Shown here one piece after another: positions 15,315 to 24,101 of a DNA stretch of 64,000 nucleotides. The stretch is from Gammaproteobacteria bacterium (lineage in GTDB: Bacteria > Pseudomonadota > Gammaproteobacteria > Steroidobacterales > Steroidobacteraceae). Numbering within the stretch: the stretch's first letter is position 1; each line of letters starts with the position of its first letter. The DNA lies in assembly GCA_031431655.1 (NCBI GenBank), contig JANPDV010000311.1, positions 177 through 64,176 on the forward strand, given 5' to 3'. Below the pieces are notes generated by a model. The model ran no database searches, was not told the DNA's origin, and saw only the letters and a list, made by a program, of their open reading frames with translations. The translations under genes and the position numbers were made by a program.

Positions 15315-17558
15315 CTACTTCGGACCGCCGAAGCGGGTGGTCACCGACAGCTTGATCGACGGCGGCAGGTTCGGATTGACGAGGCTCGATGCCGTTGCTG
15401 ACCAGTAGCGCTTGCGCGTCACGTTGTCGGCGTACAGGCGGAACGTGGTCTCATTGCCAAACAATTCCACGTTGTACCGGCCACCCAGATCCAGCGTCGT
15501 GAAGCCACCGACCACCGCCGTGTTGGTCTGGTTGATCGGCCGGTCACCGGTGTGGAACAACCCGCCGGACAGCGAAAGCCCTGGCACGGACTGCAGCCGG
15601 TACTCGATGAACAGGGACCCGGTGAACCGCGGCGTGTTCTCGGGCCGCAGCCCGACCTGGGCCGGGCTCAGCGTCTTCTCCTGCTTCGCATCGAGCGACA
15701 TCGCGGTCGCGTAGATCGACAGGTTCTCGCTGACTTCGCCGGACGCGCTGAACTCGAAGCCCTTGTAGCGGGTGCGGCCATCCTGGCCGAAGATCCGCGT
15801 GGTCGGGTTCGTGAAGGCGGAGACCCGGTCGATGTCGAAGTAGCCGATGGTGAGCAGCGTCTTGCCAACCTCGGCCTTGATACCTACTTCGAACTGCTCG
15901 GATGTGTTCGGCGCCAGCACCTCACCTGCGTTGAGCGCCGCGACCGGTGCGACGCCGCCTTCCTCCAGGCCCTCGATGTAGGTGCCGTAGATGCTGAGCC
16001 CGTCGCGCGGCTTGATCACGATGCCGAATGCCGGCGTGGTCTCGTCAACCACGTAGGGCGTGCCCGCCCCGGTGGCGACGACGCGCGTCACGCTCTCGTA
16101 GTCGGTCTGGCGCACGCCCACCAGCAGCTGAAGCCATTCCTTGTAGCTGATCCGGTCGAACAGGTAGATGCCCTGGTCGTCGATCTGGTTGCGGGTGCTG
16201 ACCACGCGGGCGGGCAGCGCGACCTCGGGCAACGCCAGGCCGGAGTAGAGGTTGGGCTGGAAAGTCAGGTTCGATCCGCCGTTGCAGCCGGTCGGTGCGG
16301 CGCCGGTGCCGGTGCGTCCAAAGCAGAACGCCGGATTGCTGGTCACTTCGGCGACGCGCTGGTTCTTGGTGTAGCCCAGGGTCAGTTCGTGCTTCAGTGG
16401 CCCGGTGCGAAACGCGCCGGACAGTTCGGTCCGGTAGTTCTCGTTCTCATTGAGGTTGCCGTTGGTCAGCGTCGCGCGAACAGTGCCGTTGCCAGTGGCG
16501 AGGTTGAAGTTCTCGAACTGCGAGAAGAAGCGATTGCGCGTCAGGTTCGAGCGCCCGCCCGATACGCTCAGCTCCCAGTCGCGGGCGAAACGCCAGCGCG
16601 CCGCCAGCAGCAGGTTGTCCTCGTAGCCGTCGCCCTGCATCCAGTCGCCGCCGAGGTTCTTCGTCGGGTTGGGCAGCGGCGGCAGCACGGCGTTTGCGCC
16701 GACGATGTAGGTGGTCGGCTCCGAATAGGTCTTGTCGATGCGCTCGACGTCGAGTTCGACCGTCAGGTTGTCGACCGGCCGCCAATCGGCGGCGATGCTG
16801 CCGAAGCTGCGGTCGCCGCTGGTGTTGTCGACGCCGATATCCAGGTCGGAGTAGAGCGCGTTGACGCGCACGCCGAACTTGCCATCGAGAAACGACTGGC
16901 CGTAGTCGACGTGTCCCCCGACCGTGCCGAAGCGATTGCCGTTGAGCGTCGCGTCCAGGATCATCTCGTCATTGCGCGGTGGGCGCTTGGACGTCAGATT
17001 CACGATGCCCGAGGGCGTCGTGAACCCGTAGTACAGCGCCGACACACCCTTGAGCACTTCGACGCGCTCCTTGTTCTCGATTGGCAGGTCGATCAGGTTC
17101 ACGATCGGCAGCGCGCCGTTGAGACGGTAGTTGCCGCGGTTCTCGACCACGATGCCGCGGATCGCCATGTTGGAGTAGAGCGCGTTGTTCAGCTGGGCCG
17201 ACGTGACGCCGGCGGTATTGCGCAGCGCGTCGTAGAGCTGCGTCACCTGCTGCGCGTCCAGCAGCTCGCGGGTCAGCACGTTCACGGTGAGCGGCGTGTC
17301 GATCAGCGCCGCGCCGCGGAAGGTGCCAGCCTGCACCAGGTCGGCGGCGAAGCTCTTGCGGCGGTCCGCGGTGATGACCACTTCCTCGAGCAGGCTGTCG
17401 TCGGCCGGCTTGGCACGCGACCCGGTGGGCGCGTCCTGCGCGGGTGCGGCCAATGGCAATGCCAGCGCTGCGACGAGCAGTGCCCGTGCCACGGCAGCAG
17501 CAACCGCGCGGGTGCGGCGCGCCTCAATCTGAGCGCTGATGTTCGAAGTGCTTGTCAT
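15315..17558 (-). CDS. TonB-dependent outer-membrane receptor (siderophore-receptor-like)
   Basis: 747 aa. Signal peptide, plug (EEVVITADRRK, VEVLKGVSALYYG) and barrel. Ends SVTTRF-GGPK. Confidence 0.85.
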   Translation of the reverse strand: MTSTSNISAQIEARRTRAVAAAVARALLVAALALPLAAPAQDAPTGSRAKPADDSLLEEVVITADRRKSFAADLVQAGTFRGAALIDTPLTVNVLTRELLDAQQVTQLYDALRNTAGVTSAQLNNALYSNMAIRGIVVENRGNYRLNGALPIVNLIDLPIENKERVEVLKGVSALYYGFTTPSGIVNLTSKRPPRNDEMILDATLNGNRFGTVGGHVDYGQSFLDGKFGVRVNALYSDLDIGVDNTSGDRSFGSIAADWRPVDNLTVELDVERIDKTYSEPTTYIVGANAVLPPLPNPTKNLGGDWMQGDGYEDNLLLAARWRFARDWELSVSGGRSNLTRNRFFSQFENFNLATGNGTVRATLTNGNLNENENYRTELSGAFRTGPLKHELTLGYTKNQRVAEVTSNPAFCFGRTGTGAAPTGCNGGSNLTFQPNLYSGLALPEVALPARVVSTRNQIDDQGIYLFDRISYKEWLQLLVGVRQTDYESVTRVVATGAGTPYVVDETTPAFGIVIKPRDGLSIYGTYIEGLEEGGVAPVAALNAGEVLAPNTSEQFEVGIKAEVGKTLLTIGYFDIDRVSAFTNPTTRIFGQDGRTRYKGFEFSASGEVSENLSIYATAMSLDAKQEKTLSPAQVGLRPENTPRFTGSLFIEYRLQSVPGLSLSGGLFHTGDRPINQTNTAVVGGFTTLDLGGRYNVELFGNETTFRLYADNVTRKRYWSATASSLVNPNLPPSIKLSVTTRFGGPK

Positions 17559-17576
17559 GTCATGTTCCCCTGAATC

Positions 17577-19391
17577 TCACCAACCCACTGCATAGACCGA
17601 AGAAACCGGTCCCCACCAACCGTCCTCCGAGCCCAGCCGCCGCGGATCGGCGCCGCCGGACATGAATCCGGTCGACGGATCGCGCGTGACGCCGTTCACG
17701 CTGCCCTCGTCCGATGGAATCACGTTGATCTCATAGCCGCGACGCCGCAGCTCGGCGATGGTGGCGGGGTCGACGCGCTCCTCGACATCGAACTTCGGCG
17801 GCACGTCGGTGCCGGTCTCCTGGTACCCGCCATAGATCATGCGCGGCGCCGTCACGGCACCCTGCACGTCCATGCCGAAGTCGACGATGTTGGCGATCAC
17901 CTGGGCGAGACGCTGCCAGATGCCGTCGGAACCGGGCGTGCCGATCGCGAGCCACGGCTCGCCATTCTTCAGCACGATCAGCGGCGACTGATTGGAACGC
18001 GGCCGCCGGCCGGGGCCGAGCTTCGACGGGCTGTCCGCCTCGGTGTGCAGATGACGCAGCTGGTTGCTGAACAGGACGCCCGTGTCGGCCGCGACGACGC
18101 CGGAGCCGTACCACGCGCCGAGCGTCTGCGTCAGCGCCACCATGTTGCCGGCCGCATCCACGACCGTCAGGTGCGTGGTGTTCACCTTGTCGGGCTTCGA
18201 CGCGCGCGCGCCAGGCGCAGGCTTACCGCGCCGTGGCACCGCTGCGTCCGATGGCGGCGGCACTACCGGCATCGTCGTGTCGGGCGAGATCAGCTTGCGC
18301 CGCTCGGCGGCATATTCCCGGCTCAGCAGCCGCGCCATCGGCACGGCGACGAACTCCGGATCGGCGACATAGCGATTGCGATCCGCAATCGCCAGTCGCT
18401 GTACCTCGCCGATCAGGTGCAGATACGCGCCGCTGTTGTGACCGAGCGCCTTCAGATCGAAGCCTTCCAGCAGGCGCAACTGCATCAGCACGGCGACACC
18501 GCTGCTGTTCGGCGGTTGCGTGTAGACCTGGTAACCGCGGTAATCGACCGAGATCGGCTCGACCCAGCTCGCCTCATAGGCCGCGAGGTCCTCGTACGCG
18601 AGGATTCCGCCGTTCGCGGCGTAGAAGTCCGCGATGCGCCGCGCGATGTCGCCCTTGTAGAACACGTCCGCGCCGTCGCTGGCAATGCGCTTCAGTGTGC
18701 GTGCCAGGTCCGGCTGCCGGAACACCTCACTGACCCGCGGCAGGCGATCCTGCGGAAAGAACGTGCGCTTCGTGCTCGGATAGCTGCGCAGTTCCTGCTC
18801 GTGCACGCCGAGAATGCCGACGAACTCCTCGGTGACGAGAAAGCCCTGCTCGGCCAGTTCGATCGCGGGCTGCAGCACTTCCGCCCACGGCCGCACGCCG
18901 TACTTGCGATGCAGTTCGGCGTAGCCCTTCAGGTTGGAGGGCACCGGCGTCGACAGGTACCCCATCTTGTAGGGCTTGCACGCGAGTCGCTCGATGGTTG
19001 CCGCCCTGGGTGCCACGCCGTAGAAGTTCAGCGCCCGCACCGCGCGTTCCTTCGCGACGTACACGGTTGCAAAGCCCTGGCCCCCGATCGTGGAATTCTT
19101 TGGGTCGACGACGGTGGTGGCAACGGCAGCCGCGACCGCCGCATCGAAGGCGTTGCCGCCGGCCAGCAGCAGGCGCATGCCGGCCATCGACGACAGCGGA
19201 TGCAGCGACGTGACGACACCGACGCGGCCGGTGACGGGCGGCCGCGTCAGTTCGTCGCGCGGTGCACTGTCGACCGGTGCGGGCCGCTCCGCCACCGGCG
19301 CGGCGCTCGAAGCGGCGGGCCAGGCGGCAACGACCGCGGCAGCCAGCGCCAGACCTAATAATGGAACCGCCCTGCTGCGAACCCGCCTCAC
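17577..19391 (-). CDS. ggt: Gamma-glutamyltransferase
   Basis: 604 aa with signal peptide. Autoprocessing/nucleophile region NTTHLTVVDAAGNMVALTQTLG and GGADPRR near the C-terminus. GTG start overlaps the upstream TGA. Confidence 0.9.
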   Translation of the reverse strand: MRRVRSRAVPLLGLALAAAVVAAWPAASSAAPVAERPAPVDSAPRDELTRPPVTGRVGVVTSLHPLSSMAGMRLLLAGGNAFDAAVAAAVATTVVDPKNSTIGGQGFATVYVAKERAVRALNFYGVAPRAATIERLACKPYKMGYLSTPVPSNLKGYAELHRKYGVRPWAEVLQPAIELAEQGFLVTEEFVGILGVHEQELRSYPSTKRTFFPQDRLPRVSEVFRQPDLARTLKRIASDGADVFYKGDIARRIADFYAANGGILAYEDLAAYEASWVEPISVDYRGYQVYTQPPNSSGVAVLMQLRLLEGFDLKALGHNSGAYLHLIGEVQRLAIADRNRYVADPEFVAVPMARLLSREYAAERRKLISPDTTMPVVPPPSDAAVPRRGKPAPGARASKPDKVNTTHLTVVDAAGNMVALTQTLGAWYGSGVVAADTGVLFSNQLRHLHTEADSPSKLGPGRRPRSNQSPLIVLKNGEPWLAIGTPGSDGIWQRLAQVIANIVDFGMDVQGAVTAPRMIYGGYQETGTDVPPKFDVEERVDPATIAELRRRGYEINVIPSDEGSVNGVTRDPSTGFMSGGADPRRLGSEDGWWGPVSSVYAVGW

Positions 19392-20458
19392 TTCAGATGG
19401 CGCCCGAGGAACTCGACGATCCGGTTCAGCGAATCCACGGCCTGTTCCGAGTCGCCTTCGCTGTAGCCGTGACCGCCCGGCGCACGCTCATACAGCTTGT
19501 ATTCGTACTTCTTGCCGTTGGCCTTCAGCGCTTCGACCAGCCGCTCGCTGTGCAGCGTGTGCGGCACAGTCCGGTCGTACGTGGTCGCGTGGATCAGCAG
19601 CGGCGCCTCGATCTTCTCGACATGCATGATCGGGCTCGCGTCGATGTACGCCTGCAGGTTCTCGAACGGCATGCCCTTGAAATGCGGTTCCCTGGCCACT
19701 TCCTGCCGGCGGTACTCCGGCTTGTACGCCATGTACATCAGGAAATCCGCCAGGCCGACCACGTCTACTGCGGCCTTGAAGCGCTTCGGCTGCTTCTGGA
19801 TCGCGAGCAACGTGACCATGCCGCCACGACTGCGGCCGACGATGCCCATGCGGTTGCCGTCGATGAACGGCTTGCCGGCGAAGTGATTCGCCGCCGACAG
19901 CACGTCGTCGACATCGCCCGCACCGTATTCCTGCGCGTCGTACCACTCCTTGCCGTAGCCGCGACTGCCGCGATACTCCGGAAACACGACGACATAGCCC
20001 TCGCGAACGAAGCGCTCGATGAAGCCGAAGAACTCCTCGTCGAGCGAGAAGTGAAAGCCGCCGTGCACCGCGACCAGCGCCGGGTACTTGCGGCCCGACT
20101 CCATCCGTACGGGCGTGAACTGCCAGGTCGGGATCAGGTCGGCGTTGACGTTCGGCACCATCACCCGCTCCATGCGGATGCGGTCGCCATACCGCTGGTT
20201 GAAGGTGACGGCAATGAGCTTCTGGTTCACCTCGTACTGCAGGTGGATCAGCAGATCGAGCTTGGTCTGGGTGTCCTTGGCGTCGGGGTTGATGAACGTC
20301 TGCAGTTCATCGCCACGGCGTGCAGGCGCGGCCGCCGCATCCTCCGCGTGCGACGGCATCGCGGAGAAACCGAGAGGCAGCAGCATCAGGAACGCGACAG
20401 TCCACGCTCCCCTGGCTCCGCATGCTGCCTTCGACGCAAGCGTCCGGCGAGTCTTCAT
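19388..20458 (-). CDS. S9-family (prolyl oligopeptidase/dienelactone hydrolase-like) alpha/beta hydrolase
   Basis: 356 aa with signal-like N-terminus. Nucleophile elbow GIVGRSRGG (G-x-S-x-G), and YERAPGGHGY containing the probable catalytic His. Confidence 0.7.
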   Translation of the reverse strand: MKTRRTLASKAACGARGAWTVAFLMLLPLGFSAMPSHAEDAAAAPARRGDELQTFINPDAKDTQTKLDLLIHLQYEVNQKLIAVTFNQRYGDRIRMERVMVPNVNADLIPTWQFTPVRMESGRKYPALVAVHGGFHFSLDEEFFGFIERFVREGYVVVFPEYRGSRGYGKEWYDAQEYGAGDVDDVLSAANHFAGKPFIDGNRMGIVGRSRGGMVTLLAIQKQPKRFKAAVDVVGLADFLMYMAYKPEYRRQEVAREPHFKGMPFENLQAYIDASPIMHVEKIEAPLLIHATTYDRTVPHTLHSERLVEALKANGKKYEYKLYERAPGGHGYSEGDSEQAVDSLNRIVEFLGRHLK

Positions 20459-20529
20459 TGGTCAAACCCCTGTTCGCCCGCAATAGCCGCCGGCGATCGA
20501 CTGATGCTCCAGTGCAACGCCGTGCGCGT

Positions 20530-21633
20530 CTAGGGGGCCGATGCTTCGATCGGCCGACGCGTCCGCGAGGCGCTCATCCGGTGGCGCCAAAACGACACCA
20601 GGCCGGCCGTGAGCAGCAGGCACAGCCCCGTTCCGCTCAGCAGCCAGAACCAGCGATGCACGGGCCCGAACAGCAGGCCGATGTGCAGGGGATAAAGGGT
20701 ATCGTCGTAGGCGCCGGGGACCCCGGCCAGGCGGGCGTCGCGAGCGGAAAGGATACGTCCGGCGGCTGGATCCAGCGTGATGTTGGAACGACCGTTGGGA
20801 TGGTCCTCGCCGGGCAGCCGCAACTTCATGGACCAGCTCGTTCCAGCGGCGCCCCGCGCAGGCTCCAGCTGCGTAATTTCTCCCCCGGGGAACACCGTGC
20901 GCAGCGCAGCAAGCGCAGCCTGCCCATCGTCCGGTGCGAAGGCCTGCTGCGCATCGGCAAGCGTCAGCGTCGCGGCGGCGGACGCAAGCGGCTTCAACCA
21001 CGCTCGCACCGTCGGGTTGTGTGCCATCAACGTGCCGGTCGTCACGTTCATCAGAAACAGCGCACCCGCCGCACCGCCGAGCGCAAGGTGCAGCCGCAGC
21101 CACTGCGGACGTCCGCCGCCGCGGGGCACGAGGTCGCGTGCGCGCCAACCCGCCCGCAACGGCCACCACAACACCAGGCCCACCAGCATCGACGCCACCG
21201 CGATCGGCCCGAGCACCCTGACGACCGTATCGCCGGTCGCGCCGCTGGCCAGGTGTTCATGCAGATCGATCAGCACGCGTTCGACGCGCAACCGCAGCGG
21301 CACGCTGGCCTCGGCCTGCGATCGGCCCACGCGCCAGTACGCCAGGTCACCGCTCGCGGCCTCGACCACATGAAACGCGCGTGACCCGCGCGCAACCTGC
21401 ACCGAATCGGCAGCCTGCAGCGCAGGCAGGCTGATCAGCCGCGCCACTTCGGCGTCACTGCTGCGGGAGTCCGCAGTGCTCCCTGGCGTGAAGCGCCAGT
21501 CAGCCGGAACGAACAGCGTGTCCTTGAACAGCAGCGCCGTACCGGTAGCCACGATCAGCAGCAGCGGCAGGGCCAGGGTCACTCCGACCCAGGCGTGAAC
21601 CCGGGCGAGGGTCGGGCGTCTTTTCGCGGACAT
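20530..21633 (-). CDS. PepSY-associated TM-helix domain protein
   Basis: 367 aa. ARVHAWVGVTLALPLLLIVATGTALLF and C-terminal YPLHIGLLFGPVHRWFWLLSG are typical of the family. Confidence 0.7.
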   Translation of the reverse strand: MSAKRRPTLARVHAWVGVTLALPLLLIVATGTALLFKDTLFVPADWRFTPGSTADSRSSDAEVARLISLPALQAADSVQVARGSRAFHVVEAASGDLAYWRVGRSQAEASVPLRLRVERVLIDLHEHLASGATGDTVVRVLGPIAVASMLVGLVLWWPLRAGWRARDLVPRGGGRPQWLRLHLALGGAAGALFLMNVTTGTLMAHNPTVRAWLKPLASAAATLTLADAQQAFAPDDGQAALAALRTVFPGGEITQLEPARGAAGTSWSMKLRLPGEDHPNGRSNITLDPAAGRILSARDARLAGVPGAYDDTLYPLHIGLLFGPVHRWFWLLSGTGLCLLLTAGLVSFWRHRMSASRTRRPIEASAP

Positions 21634-21645
21634 GCCCGCAACTTA

Positions 21646-22560
21646 TCACGAGCCGGAGCGAGCGATTTCCAACGGCCGGGCGGATCCCCGCTCGCCGGCA
21701 GCCTTGCTCGGACGGCGGGCGTCCTGCTGCGCGCGCAGCTCCGCGAACTGCGGATCGATCTCGAAAGAGTAACCGTCCCACCAACCGTCGCGCGCCGGAT
21801 CGAAGCGCCGCGGTGCGGCCCATCGCTGCTGCAGCGCGGCGCGCTTCAGCGCGTGTTGTGCCGCCGCCCGCAGCGTCTCCGGCGACCCGGCAGCGGACGA
21901 CATCGGCGGCAGCACCGCCATCGCAACCCGCTGGGCATAGCGCAGCGTCGGCGCGAACGGATACTCCCAGACGCGGTGCGTCCCCGCCAGCATCACCGGC
22001 AGGATCGGCAGGCGCAGCGCCTGCGCGAGATGAAACGCGCCGCAGCGGAAGGCGGTCTGGATGCCGAGCAGCGTGCCCTGCGGAAACATCGCGATGCTCT
22101 CGCCGCGGGCCACGCAGAGACGGGCTTCACGCAACAGGCGACGATAGCTCGCGGCACCGCGTTCGGGGTCGACCCGCAGGTGCGCGAGCGCCGTGATGGC
22201 CGGCCCGAACTCGGGCCAGTCGAAGATCTCCTCACGGACGGCACAGCGCAGCGGTACCGGCAACAGCGCCAGGCACAGGGCATCGAGCACGCCCTCGTGC
22301 AAAGCAACGATCAGGAACGGACCGCCCTCCACGTGGTGCAGCCCGCCGATCTGCAGCTGCACACCCAGATGCCGCAGCAGGGAACTCGCAGCCAGCCGCT
22401 GTGCCGCGGCGCGCGACTGCACGGATGCGTCCGGCGGCGTCGCGGCGAGTCGTCGCAACGTCGACTGCAGCAACCCGCGGCCGCGCAGCAGGAAGCGCAG
22501 CTGCGCGAGCCGACCCTCGGCCTCAAGGCGCAGCGGGTTTGGCGGGGCTTTCGACAGCAT
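21646..22560 (-). CDS. PlsC-type lysophospholipid acyltransferase
   Basis: LIVALHEGVLDA (H-x4-D) and MFPQGTL motifs. The start is uncertain (ATG 22560 or 22587); both overlap the upstream gene end. Confidence 0.6.
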   Translation of the reverse strand: MLSKAPPNPLRLEAEGRLAQLRFLLRGRGLLQSTLRRLAATPPDASVQSRAAAQRLAASSLLRHLGVQLQIGGLHHVEGGPFLIVALHEGVLDALCLALLPVPLRCAVREEIFDWPEFGPAITALAHLRVDPERGAASYRRLLREARLCVARGESIAMFPQGTLLGIQTAFRCGAFHLAQALRLPILPVMLAGTHRVWEYPFAPTLRYAQRVAMAVLPPMSSAAGSPETLRAAAQHALKRAALQQRWAAPRRFDPARDGWWDGYSFEIDPQFAELRAQQDARRPSKAAGERGSARPLEIARSGS

Positions 22561-23167
22561 CGGATTCACTGCGGGTTCGCAGGGCAACCATCAGCCCGGG
22601 CAGTTCGCGCTCGAGGCTCGAACGCACCAGCCATTTGGGCACGTACATCCGCGGCTGCAGGAGCACTCGATAGCGCACCAGCGTGGCCAGCCCGTCATCG
22701 AGCGGCTCCAGCATCCAGCTGCCCTCGTTGATCGCGAGATCGCCCGACAGCGCCCTGAAGTCGACGCGCCGGTCGGGCACATACGTGGCGCGGAACGTGT
22801 AGCGGATGCCGGGCAGGAACCAGCCGTAGTCGACCTCGTGCTCGATGTCGTCCCAACTGCCGTCGGCGGCGCTCGCGTGCCGCTCGCAGCGCCGCAGGTG
22901 AGGCACGAACTCAAGCGCCTGGACGCAGTCGATCATCAGCGCGAATACGCGCGCCGGCGGCGCGTCGATTCGTACCGCGGCACGCACGAAGCGAGTGCTG
23001 GGCGTGCGGGCGGCGGCCGGGTGAGCCTCGATCCACACCTCACGACGCTGCAACTGGGCCCACTGGGCCTCGGTGAACGTCCACTCGGGCGGCTCCACCA
23101 CAGCTTCCGCCCACGCGTGTCCGCCGATCGCCACCAGCAGCCAGGGCCACAGCAGGCGGCCCGTCAC
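22523..23167 (-). CDS. SRPBCC (polyketide cyclase/dehydrase-like) domain protein
   Basis: GTG 23167 overlaps the upstream TGA (GTGA). N-terminal hydrophobic segment. RIDAPPARVFALMIDC...EGSWMLEPL pattern fits the SRPBCC fold. Confidence 0.5.
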   Translation of the reverse strand: MTGRLLWPWLLVAIGGHAWAEAVVEPPEWTFTEAQWAQLQRREVWIEAHPAAARTPSTRFVRAAVRIDAPPARVFALMIDCVQALEFVPHLRRCERHASAADGSWDDIEHEVDYGWFLPGIRYTFRATYVPDRRVDFRALSGDLAINEGSWMLEPLDDGLATLVRYRVLLQPRMYVPKWLVRSSLERELPGLMVALRTRSESDAVESPAKPAAP

Positions 23168-24030
23168 GATCGCGGTGCCGCCATCGTGGCGCGAGCGGCG
23201 GCCGGCGCGTCGTTCAGCGTCCAGTCGTAGTCCAGAAAGCGCAGCTTCGTGCGACTGGCGGCCAGTCGCCTCGACAACTCCGCATCGGCCGCCGGCGCAT
23301 GCCGCGCAGCGAATGCGCGTATCCCCACCTGGACATCGCCGCCGCCCAGGGGCGCGAAGTCCTCGCCGAACCACTTGAAGATGGTCGATACCTCCAGGGC
23401 GTCCGCAACGCTGGACAGCCGCAGGCCACGGATGCGATCGGCCATGAAGACCCGCGCCTGGTCGTCGAGCTGCGCCTCGAGCGTCGCCGCGCGGTACGGC
23501 TCGGGCCGCAACGGCGGGCAACTGCGGGCCGCGCACACCAGCGCCACGTGCACGCGGGGCTCGCGGAACTGCGGGCGGATGGTCCGGTGCTCGATGTCAT
23601 CGAGCGACAGCAGCCTGCCGGCAACTCGATGCCGCCGCTCGCCGAACGCGCCGGGGACCTGCCAGATACTGTTCGCAGGAAAGGCCACGCCGACCAGCGT
23701 GCGCCCTTTGATGGGATAGCGGTCGACTACCGTCCGCAGCACCAGCGCGTTATACGAATTGATCCAGAACGCGAGTTGCTGCTCGCGGCTGAAGCCGGCG
23801 AGCGTCGCGGCGTCCAGCGCCGCGAGCTCCTGCAGGTACCCGTCGAGCGTCGCCCGCTCAGCCTGCAGCGCCGCGTAGTCCACCTGACCCTGGCGCACGT
23901 GTGCCCGCAGCACGCGCTCGAAGCGCGCGTGCGCGTGGTCAAAACTGCCCGGCGCAGGCGACTCAGCACCGGACGCGCTGCCGCACAGCAGCAGGCCGAC
24001 TACCAGCGCCGTCCCGACTCGCCTCCGCAT
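23164..24030 (-). CDS. DUF547 domain protein (secreted)
   Basis: 288 aa with signal peptide. AFWINSYNALVLRTV and HVALVCAARSCPPL are the hallmark DUF547 motifs as I recall them. Confidence 0.65.
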   Translation of the reverse strand: MRRRVGTALVVGLLLCGSASGAESPAPGSFDHAHARFERVLRAHVRQGQVDYAALQAERATLDGYLQELAALDAATLAGFSREQQLAFWINSYNALVLRTVVDRYPIKGRTLVGVAFPANSIWQVPGAFGERRHRVAGRLLSLDDIEHRTIRPQFREPRVHVALVCAARSCPPLRPEPYRAATLEAQLDDQARVFMADRIRGLRLSSVADALEVSTIFKWFGEDFAPLGGGDVQVGIRAFAARHAPAADAELSRRLAASRTKLRFLDYDWTLNDAPAAARATMAAPRS

Positions 24031-24101
24031 GAGCGCCCACCCTGTTGACCTGGTCGCATTGAGTCAGACCGGTCGCAGGCGCGCAATGTTTCAGGCGCAG
24101 A

